Below, one piece after another: positions 13,801 to 25,400 of a stretch of 64,000 bases of DNA. The DNA is taken from positions 5,396,001 through 5,460,000 of the forward strand of contig OZ249436.1 of NCBI GenBank assembly GCA_965235115.1, in the 5' to 3' direction. Origin of the DNA: Laetmonice hystrix. Lineage: Eukaryota. The translations under genes and the position numbers were made by a program. Every line of letters begins with the position of its first letter. The stretch's first letter is position 1. Under the pieces are notes generated by a model. That model was given only the letters and a program-made list of their open reading frames with translations, searched no databases and was not told where the DNA came from.

Positions 13801-16800
13801 GACTTTGGTCAGTGATACCATTTGATCATGGCGATATATGAACATCAAAGCTATCACCCGAACCCTAGGGATATGTACGACACGCCTCAGTGCCCCTCAA
13901 AGAGCCATTCAGCGTCCCACTAAAGTGGCAGCGGACTTCGCTACACCTTTAGTCTGTCAGAGTCGACTACCAGCGACACTTATAGAAAGTTTATAATTAG
14001 GTTAACTCTGCTGGGTTTGACGGCTGGGTGGCTCAGGATTCGTGTGACCGCCTCGTGACAGGGTACAGCCCAACTTTGATTTGGTCAAGACTTTCTGACT
14101 TGACCAGAAGTAGCATACAGTATGTATACCCTGTTGCAGTCACGCAAAATGTCGTGGTTCTGTGTGGCCAACGCGAATGCGGCAGGCCCTGTTCGTCAAA
14201 GTTTCTTATCATCATGTGCCGATAAAATATTTTCTGTACACTGGTTTCTTAGATACTAGTAATTCCAAAAATACTACCCTACATCAAACGCACATCGCTG
14301 TGTGATTTAGCACCATCACAGGCGTCAGAGAAATCAGAACGGTTGACACAAAGCGTCATCATATTTCAGAACCACTCAAAGATATTTGAGTCCGTTAGGT
14401 TTGTTTCCAGCAACAGTCCCATCATGTCATGGCTTTCACCTCTACAATACGCATTTAATCAGTAATACATCAACATCGACAAAATCTTGACATGTGAGAC
14501 TTTATAACGGAGTTCCTTTGGAGCTATCTGTAGTGTAGAGCAGGCACAGTTGACTCAGGCTTAACTCATTAGTACTAACAAAGGCATAATGTCCAACATC
14601 ACATATGAAGCTCTTAGTCCGGAAAGCACACACCTCCAAGTATGGCGACCTTTAGCTTGAACTTCAATCCACACAGCAAATCTCAGTTTCAAACCAAAAA
14701 TAATGAGCAAGCTGCACGACGCATGACAAATTTTCGGTGTCGGATGATACGATTCCAATATTTTCTTTGGTTAATAACAATTCTGCATTCACTGTTTGGT
14801 ATAATCGCATCCACCTAGCATCCACTTTCCGTAGACAGATGATGTCCCACTTTGCGCTCCTTCACACGGTCCAATGTGGTGCCAGCCGGGAGATGGAGAT
14901 GTTGTCAGGGCCTCAAAACGTCACCAAGGTGGCACATCACCTGTCCCGTCTACTCAACACATCTCAGGTGTCTTGTTTTGATACTCTGAAAAACGGTCAG
15001 ATAGACAAGCCGACCATAGGGACGGAACAAGGCATGGAGGAACATTCGGGACAAGTTCTGTGTGGACTGCACAGGCCAAAACATGAAACAACTGAGGTTT
15101 TTGATACGCCAAAACGTTCTGAGCAACTGAGACTTTTTCCAACTAATTTTATTATACATGGCTGGTTACATGTCCACACAGAAGATGCCCTCCCTGAGTG
15201 CCACTCTCCAGAACAATTACACCCCCGTTCTGTGTAACACCAGCAACACAAACAAAGCTTCATACTGAGTCTGTGCTGGAGGGGGTGCGTACGGTGATAA
15301 GCACAGCAGGCTGATGGGACTGAACATCTGACTGGGCTTACCTCTTGGCGTCTTTATCGGCAAGCTGTTGGCCGAGTTTGCGCGCAGTTTCTTCTGCCGC
15401 GGCTTTTTCTATGTGGCCTTGCTTAGCCCTGATCATTACAGATTTGCACATTTTGGTTGGTGGGTGCCGTGCAGCGACACATGCAAATTGGAAAAAAGAA
15501 AAAACAATGGACACAAATTAATATAAATATAGTCTAAGTCGCGTAGAGGCTTAAATCATATGGCAAATAATGAGAGCAGAGTTGGTGAAAAAGCCGCGGC
15601 AATGATGCACACCGGCCACACACAAAGCCAGTGGCTGAAGCTTAGGACTGTTGGTCTTGACAGTCCTTCTGTAAAAAAATCTTTTCCCGGAGAAAATCAA
15701 TCTAACAAAACAATGCTTAATGAAGACGACTCCAGGGCCCGGTTCACAAACAAAGCCAAGTCAATTTTAATTAACTTGAAATCCATTTTAACCAATCAGA
15801 TTCAAGTAAAATTGACTTCAAGTCAATTAAAATTGACTTGACTTTGTTTGGGAACCGGGCCCAGGAAACACTAAAATATGGATTTACCAAAATATGGATT
15901 TACCTGACTTTCTAAAAACGATTTTGACAAGGTCATACTCATAGCTTCTTTCCTTAACCTTTCTATGACATGGTCAACCATTTAAAATCGAGTGAAAAAA
16001 AGAAGAACATTTGTTAGAATGTTCTTATCGACTTCCTTCAGTATACAACCGAGAACAAATTTGGGAATGAATTAGCTTTGGTGACCATAAAGTTCAGCCA
16101 TAACTCGGTTAATCTCAAGGACTGAATGATTCCCTAAAAATTATCCTTTGATTAAAAAAAAGAAGTGGAAAGAAGGAAAATGGAAATAATACATTGTTAG
16201 AACTGTAATGATTTTCCGATAGATATATTTACTAAATGGGTTCTGCCTTGGTTCATGTCTCACCTTGACGTTAGCCCTTTGAACCCGTAACTAATTTTGA
16301 GCTATTTGGCTTAAGGTCATCCCCTCAGGGCCATGTCTCACTGCGCTCAGAATAATTTGGAAATTTGTGTTACTCTTTTAGGAATGACTTGTAGGCCATA
16401 GAGAGGTAAGCTTATGCCCCCTTTCCAATTTACGGGTTCTGGAACAATGGATTGTGACATGAGGGCCATGGGTCTGATCATATGGGCGTAGCTCGTGGTG
16501 TGACATTGGTGTTATCAGATGGGTGTAGTACCCTGTGTTGTGACATACGTGGGCCATGGGTCTGATCAGATGGGGGTAGTACCCTGTGTTGTGACATATG
16601 TAACGTGGGCCATGGGTCTGATCAGATGGGGGTAGTACCCTGTGATGTGACATACGTAACGTGGGCCATAGGTCTGATCAGATGGGGTAGTACCCTGTGT
16701 TGTGACATATGGGCCATGGGTCTGATCAGATGGGGTAGTACCCTGTGATGTGACATACGTAACGTGGGCCATAGGTCTGATCAGATGGGCGTAGTACCCT

Positions 16801-19381
16801 GTGTTGTGACATACGTGGGCCACGGGTCTGATCAGATGGGGGTAGTACCCTGTGTTGTGACATACGTAACGTGGGCCATAGGTCTGATCAGATGGGGGTA
16901 GTACCCTGTGTTGTGACATACGTGGGCCACGGGTCTGATCAGATGGGGGTAGTACCCTGTGTTGTGACATACGTAACGTGGGCCATAGGTCTGATCAGAT
17001 GGGGGTAGTACCCTGTGTTGTGACATACGTGGGCCACGGGTCTGATCACATGGGGGTAGTACCCTGTGTTGTGACATACGTGGGCCATGGGTCTGATCGG
17101 ATGGGGGTAGTACCCTGTGTTGTGACATATGGGCCATGGGTCTGATCAGATGGGCGTAGTACCCTGTGTTGTGACATACGTAACGTGGGCCATAGGTCTG
17201 ATCAGATGGGGTAGTACCCTGTGTTGTGACATATGTAACGTGGGCCATAGGTCTGATCAGATGGGGTAGTACCCTGTGTTGTGACATACGTAACGTGGGC
17301 CATAGGTCTGATCAGATGGGGTAGTACCCTGTGTTGTGACATACGTAACGTGGGCCATGGGTCTGATCAGATGGGTAGTACCCTGTGTTGTGACATATGT
17401 AACGTGGGCCATGGGTCTGATCAGATGGGGTAGTACCCTGTGTTGTGACATACGTAACGTGGGCCATAGGTCTGATCAGATGGGGTAGTACCCTGTGTTG
17501 TGAGATACGTAACGTGGGCCATGGGTCTGAACAGATGGGGTAGTACCTTGTGTTGTGACATACGTAACGTGGGCCATGGGCCGCGATCTGAACACCAGTC
17601 ACCAGCACAAACACAGCAAAGCCAACCTCAGGTACGCTTCACAACCTATGTTAGACATCGTTACAAGCTCAGCTACATGCTCAACTACTAGTAGTAATAG
17701 TTTTTGTTTAAACGCTTTGCTCCCGGGAAAGGGCGACTCCAACATATTGTCAAAAACGGAGAAGCTCTTTAGTAGATTACTAACACGGTTATGCCTAACA
17801 AGGGTTGTGAAATGTACCGACATAAAGAACACATCAAATGAACAACTTGAAAGCTCCCGTAATTCAAAACCACACTTACATCAGTTATGATTCAAATAAA
17901 GGCATAAAAAAACTTCTTAAGTCTCTAAATTAATGATATGTTAATTGGCAATTATATACCTTATTACAGAATGTTCATTGGTGGGTAGTAGTAATTACAG
18001 TGTGACCCACAGATCCATAGGCTACCGTTGATTAAGTCATTGTTAATAAGATAATAATATTGTTAAAAGGTTGACCTACTTTGCTTCCAAATCCTTGATA
18101 GTAGCTGCCATCTGATTGGTCTTCTCTTCAAGTTTTACTACCAGGTCAGTTTTATGCTTTAACGAACTTTCACAGGTCTGCAAAAAAGGGAGAGTATTAT
18201 GTGTATCGTTTTCTGTGAAATCTACAGACACTATGAGGGAAATGATGCACACCTATCATGTATGCGTGTGCACCCACGCCTGTGGGTGTGTGCGTAGGTG
18301 AGTAAAAATAAATTGGTAACAGGCATTTACGTCAACCTTTGTTGAGTGTACTTTGGTCCTTAGGGAAGACTCTAAACGAGTCCAAGATTACATCAAGCAC
18401 CTGCTTGCGACGTGAGCGTTTTCAACTTCCCATAGGGGACTCAATGAGACGGTATGGGATTGGTTGGGGCTGGGGGTGGGAGTGGGGGTGGGGTGGGGTG
18501 GGGTGGAGGTGGGGGTGGGGGTGGGGGTGGGGGTGGAGGTCGGGGTGGGGTGGGGTGGGGGTGGCGGTGGGGCAGGCGTTCAAGGGGCTCTTGCCTGAGG
18601 GAAGTGATGGCTGCCGCTGAGCGTCAGCAGCACCCACCCCAATGTCAAGTGTGGATCAATGTAAGAAACCTCTACGGACCTCTACGGACCTCTACGGACC
18701 TCTACCGTATATCTATGCTATATTATGATACACATGTATCTCCATTTTAATTGTCACCAAATTGATCCGTTCACGGTTGACTGCGGGTCCGACTGTGCGC
18801 CCCCGGGAAGTGGCGGTGGCCGAGTGGGCATGGGTGTCGATACCTTATGCTATGTGAATGGGTGCAGTAATCTTGGGGCCCGGGTTTGATTCCAGTAGAG
18901 GACTATATACAACTTTTCTCTTTCCGGACATTCACAAAGTGACTGGGTTACGCCTGATGCCCGTGCACAGTGCGGGTAGAGTCCTTCTGTCTCCCATAAT
19001 AAAAATTCCGACCCCGATCGTCGGAAACAACGTCATGTTTAATCATGAATCAAAGATGGGATCATTCTGCCGTTCCGTTGTCGTCACCACCCCGGCATTA
19101 AGATCGTCGTTACGAGTTTTCATTGGTTCAATCTTCCCACCACGTATACCAACATCTCCACAGGAGGATATCCGTCCCATTGTAATGACCAGTAATGACC
19201 AACAATAGTCTGTGTCAGTACTGGCTACTTAAGAGTGAAGGGACCTAGCTGCCACTCTGTCCGCTGCTGTTGGCTCAGCCTTTACAAGCCGGACAAGCCC
19301 GCTCTGGTCGGCACTCACAAACTTCCTAACTCTGGCCGGTACCAGATACCGACATACACACACCACTACCTCCATCAGCGC

Positions 19382-19437
<56 letters not shown>

Positions 19438-22400
19438 CCTGCAGTGACATCAGCGGCAGCGATTCCGAGGGAGTATCTTAGAGACACGCTGTCACAATAC
19501 ACTTACGACACAAGGCCAGGAGGGTCATCGGGACCGTTTAGGTGGGTTCTGTGTTATCATTTCTGCATTTTATCACTTTATTCCACCAAACAAATTCTGT
19601 TCCGATGTTTGAAGAGCTCCTCAGTTTGCGTAATCATTTCAAAAGTTGTGGAGAACTGACACAGGTAACAATTAAAAAAATCCGACATAGAGTTTGTTTT
19701 ATACCACATAAGACAGCGCCACACAATTTCCTTTCTCAGAGATTTTCATAAAGTCGGGGTTTCTTCCCACCTGAAAATGACTACATACTTCCAAAATCAC
19801 TTTAACTTTCTCTTCAATGCAGAAGCATTTTTAGGTCTAACTACCAACTTTTCCAGGTTGACAACAGCTCCTACTTCAACAAGAAATCTCCGACCCTCCC
19901 TGATTGAGACTGACCACTGTCCAGTTACTGACCACCAAACCATCGCCCAGCCATGCACATCGCCCTCAGCTGTCTGGGTCTACTCCTGGTCATTCTATTA
20001 TGTAGCTCGCAAGTCCCTGTCAGCACGGGCCAGGCATACCACTTCAGCCGGGGCTGGTCGGCCGGTAAGCGGGGCCCGGCTTTGCCTGCTCCGGTTCGTG
20101 CCCGGACTGTCCCGGCCTGGCGGCGGAGGGCGCCGTCCACGCCGTCACAGGGGCATAACCCGGCCAGGAAACACGTCGGGGAGCTACTGAACAACTACCT
20201 TGGCATGGTGAGACTGGCAGACACCTGTCACATACTACCGCAGGTACAGAGGATCATTACAGATCTAATAGAGGTCAGTTTCACTCTCACTCTTTTCTTT
20301 GCCTTTTTTTCCGCAGTTGGGGAGTGGCGGTGGCCTAGTGGGCATGGATGTCGACACCTTATGCTATGCGAATGGGTGCAGTAATCTTAGGGCCTGGGTT
20401 CGATTCCTGTAGAGGACTATACAACTTTTCTCTTTAGGGACATTGTCAAAGTAATTGGGTTACCCCTGATGCCCGTGCATTTCAAAAGAAAAATACAGAT
20501 CTAATAGAGGTCAGTTTCACTCTCACTCTTTTTTTCCGCAGTCGAAACGCAAAAATTGCACTTTGCCTGGTCCGTCAATAATACTGAAAATCAAAGTGAC
20601 ACAGATTTCATCACAATATACTCGACAAACCTGGCATGTAGCGGTATACCAAGTCTTTCTCACTCTTTAACTCTGTCATGGCCAGTGGGCAATGAATGGA
20701 AAGGGCATTAAGAACGATCAGCTTGTAGACGTATGGGTTAGCTTGAGACCCCAGGCATATACATCACGTTCTGCTGTTCCCTGTGTTGTGACATATGGGC
20801 CAGGGGTCTGATCAGATGGAGATAGTACCCTGTGTTTGAACCGGGGGCCATGGGTCTAATCAGATGGAGATAGTACCCTGTGTTTGAACCGGGGGCCATG
20901 GGTCTGATCAGATGGAGATAGTACCCTGTGTTTGAACCGGGGGCCAGGGGTCTGATCAGATGGAGATAGTACCCTGTGTTTGAACCGGGGGCCATGGGTC
21001 TAATCAGATGGAGATAGTACCCTGTGTTTGAACCGGGGGCCATGGGTCTGATCAGATGGAGATAGTACCCTGTGTTTGAACCGGGGGCCAGGGGTCTGAT
21101 CAGATGGAGATAGTACCCTGTGTTTGAACCGGGGGCCAGGGGTCTGATCAGATGGAGATAGTACCCTGTGTTGTGAACCGGGGGTCATGGGTCTGATCAG
21201 ATGGAGATAGTACCCTGTGTTGTGAACCGGGGGCCATGGGTCTGATCAGATGGAGATAGTACCCTGTGTTTGAACCGGGGGCCATGGGTCTGATCCTGGG
21301 TCTGATCACGTTCACGTTCTGCTGTTCCCTGTGTTGTGACATATGGGCCAGGGATCTGATCAGATGGGGGTAGTACCCTGTGTTTGAACCGGGGGCCATG
21401 GGTCTGATCAGATGGAGATAGTACCCTGTGTTGTGAACCGGGGGCCATGGGTCTGATCAGATGGAGATAGTACCTGTGTTTGAACCGGGGGCCATGGGTC
21501 TGATCCTGGGTCTGATCACGTTCACGTTCTGCTGTTCCAAGACATAGGCCTACAGGGTATATCGGGACAATCGGACTTATTCAAGACCATTGGAACCGGG
21601 GGGCTGTGCCCCACCCCCCTTTCACCTTTTTGACAGGAAAATGATAATGTCTCATTCTTGCTTTCTATGCGAAAGGCACCCCTTTCTCTCAGCCCCCCCC
21701 CCCCCCCCCCCAACGCGAACAGTAACATTTTCCGACATCACTTTGATATATTTGACTGATGTTTTGATTAGTGTAGGAAATTGTAGATGTGCTGCAGGAA
21801 ATTGTATATGTGGTACAGGAAATTGCAGATGAGACAAAGCCTGAAACTTTACCTTGAGAAGAGTTAATTTTCCCGTATTACTAGCTGGCTACGCGACGAT
21901 TAACACGTCAAACTGACATTGAATTTGACAATCGAGTTGTTCGTTATACTGTATTAAATGTACGCAGGACAGACAATCGGAACAAAATGACAACTACAGC
22001 AATTCAATCTTCTCTCCCTGATCCAAAAAATTGGTATTTAGAAAAAGGCAAAAGAATAAAATTAAACAATTATATGGCGGGCTTGTTTACGCCTGGCTAT
22101 GTCCCTTAAGTAATATACCAGAAGGCAGGAGGAGAGGCACCCCCCACCCCCACTCCCCATTCCCCCCACTCCCCATTCCCCCCTCAAAGACAGGCCTCCG
22201 TCAGAAGAAGAGGATTCTAGAACTAGTTAGAAATGTCCTACCTCCGCACGTTCTATCTCACTAAGCACGGCTCACGCCATGTGAAGCATCCTTTAACACT
22301 GAGACTGCGGCCGTGAGAGAGTTTTGGGTTACAATACTGCCCCCACACCTACCATCATCTACACTGAATGCTGACAGCACATTGTCGATAAACCTCACAT

Positions 22401-25400
22401 TGTTGTTTTTAGTTTTTATTTTGGTCAGAGAGCTTTGAAACCTTAGCCTGGAGTCTTGATAGAGAGGAGCGAATATTTAGATAGGATCTACTGAACGTAT
22501 CGACCACCACTCGGTAAAATGATTGAAGATTTTGGTACGACGGCCGGAAACTGGACTGTACGACTGTAGACTCTGGTGGATTTATTATGTTTCCTCCGTA
22601 TCCCACGCCTGGGATAGGTAAATTCTGAGACAGAGAAGTTTATATATATCTAACAATAGCAGCAATTATTTTTATTTAAACTTTTAGTGTTGGTCTAGTA
22701 TAGTTCTAATTAATATAGCATTAATGCAAAATTAAGCGTTAACAAGGGCATTTAATAAGATATGAAGAACCCTGTGTGAAATTAAGATAAGATATTTTAC
22801 ATTCAAGTTGCTCATTACATGGATTTTAACCATGTTTTCGCACTCTCACTCACGCATTTCATGACGACTCATTAGATCTGACCTAGTTTCTGGCATTAAC
22901 AAAGAGACAGCCACCTCGTAACGTGGGGAAATCACAACTGACCAATTCTCTGATCGCTAAAACAATGTGGCCGCTACGTGGGGGGGCGCTTTTCTTTTTC
23001 TTTTTTAATTTTTTTTATATTACTACGTGGTCCGTAAGGAGGCAAGTAGCCAGGATTTCTACTTGTTTTGTTTCTGCTCATGATGGAAGTCCCAGCCCTT
23101 GGGAACAAGCGCAGCTGAGCTTGCCGCAAGTCTGGGAGCATGCTTCTCCAGTTACATTGTGAAAATTAGACTTGTCTATCATACATCCTCTATAAAGTAG
23201 ACCTAGTCTAACTAGAATATTGGAGATCTTTGAAGGTTGTTTTGTCCGACACGTAGCTGGTTACATCACTGGCATTCTATGGTCCCATTCTTCGTCATGT
23301 TGCAGTTGATAATAGATATTATATATCTGTGCGATACTGTCATTCTGAAAGGTCATGTACTGAAAATGCCATTTACATGTACCTCCCATATTAATTAATG
23401 CCTGTGCTGCGTCTCCGCCCCCTCACTATCCTCTGCCCTTCATGTCGCTATCATCATGGCAGTCCAGATAACTTTCACCCGATTTATTATCTCATTCATC
23501 GTGTAACAGATGACAGATGTTATGAAAGTCGATAAAAGTTCCAATCCTAGAACTCGGCCTTTAAATCTGTCGGGATTCCGAGTGAACTTGGCCTTTAAAT
23601 CTGTCCTGATTCCGAGTCAGAGGTTCAGAGACTGCGATATACTTTATGACCCTGAACGAGGAGCAGGCGGTTTGGCCAGGCCGCCGCAGCAGTATAATAA
23701 TTTTCTTCGTTTATCTAATCAACCCGATTGGTTGTCAATCCACGTGTTGTTTGCCTAACTACCAGGTGATGTAACTGAACACACACCAGGTGGTGCTTCC
23801 ATCGATATGACCAATGAGCTTAGCGTTAATACTGCCTGAACGTGTCATCTACTACCTGGAGGGGATCCCGTATTGAGAGTATAGCTCTACTACCCACTCC
23901 ACCCACCACACACGCCTCACCGTCAATGTCGGCAATTTGCGACAGTGTTGAACATTCAAACTCTACCAATCATATAGAGTCTCGACTTTCTGCCTCCCCA
24001 CCTGTAAATTCCTCAGTTAGGCTGGGGTTTCAAAAGTAATACTACCCGATCGTAGAGGTGGCTTCGTTCAACCAAGAATAATCCAGAAGTTATGAGATGT
24101 AAAATTTTGCACAGAGGCTATGCGGCCCTCAAATGCATGATGCTGCTTCCCTACTTTCGTCGCAGAATACTTGATGTTGAGTGTGACCCTAGGAGGCCCT
24201 CTGAACGGTTAAGATTTGGAACTTGATGTGGTAATTGCCGCCCTTAGGGGATACGGGCCTCCACTGCCTCCACCATGATAACGTCACTGATCCACTGCCT
24301 CCACCATAACGTCACTGATCCACTGCCTCCACCATGATAACGTCACTGATCCACTGTCTCCACCATAACGTTACTGATCCACTGCCTCCACCATGATAAC
24401 TTTACTGATCCACTGCCTCCACCATAACGTCACTGATCCACTGCCTCCACCATGATAACGTCACTGATCCACTGTCTCCACCATAACGTTACTGATCCAC
24501 TGCCTCCACCATGATAACATTATTGATCCACTGCCTCCACCATGATAACGTCACTGATCCATTGCCTCCACCATGATAACGTCACTGATCCACTGCCTCC
24601 ACCATGATAACGTTATTGATCCACTGCCTCCACCATGATAACGTTACTGATCCAATGCCTCCACCATGATAACGTCACTGATCCATTGCCTCCACCATGA
24701 TAACGTTATTGATCCACTGCCTCCACCATGATAACGTCACTGATCCACTGCCTCCACCATGATAACGTTACTGATCCAATGCCTCCACCATGATAACGTC
24801 ACTGATCCACTGCCTCCACCATGATAACGTTACTGACCCACTGCCTCCACCATAATAGCGTTATTGATCCACTGCCTCCACCATAATAGCGTTATTGATC
24901 CACTGCCTCCACCATGATAACGTCACTGATCCACTGTCTCCACCATGATAACGTCACTGATCCACTGCCTCCACCATGATAACGTTACTGATCCACTGCC
25001 TCCACCATGATAACGTTACTGATCCACTGCCTCCACCATGATAACGTCACTGATCCACTGCCTCCACCATAACGTTACTGATCCACTGTCTCCACCATGA
25101 TAACGTTACTGATCCACTGCCTCCACCATGATAACGTTACTAATCCACTGCCTCCACCATGATAACGTCACTGATCCACTGCCTCCACCATGATAACGTT
25201 ACTGATCCACTGCCTCCACCATGATAACGTCACTGATCCACTGCCTCCACCATAACGTTACTGATCCACTGCCTCCACCATGATAATGTCACTGATCCAC
25301 TGCCTCCACCATGATAACGTCACTAATCCACTGCCTCCACCATAATAACGTTACTGATCCACTGCCTCCACCATGATATCGTTATTGATCCACTGCCTCC

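Noticed and set aside
14561..15263. Overlapping ORFs up to 166 aa in the RUFY intron
   Set aside because: No recognisable domain and no compatible splice sites identified.
18806..18900. Functional tRNA gene
   Set aside because: A and B boxes are present, but I could not build a cloverleaf and homology to the second copy extends into a non-tRNA tail, so it is called a SINE.
20274..20384. C-terminal part of the 143-aa ORF 19953-20384
   Set aside because: Read-through past the donor into intron and SINE sequence; the spliced exon at 25508 supplies the expected conserved motif.
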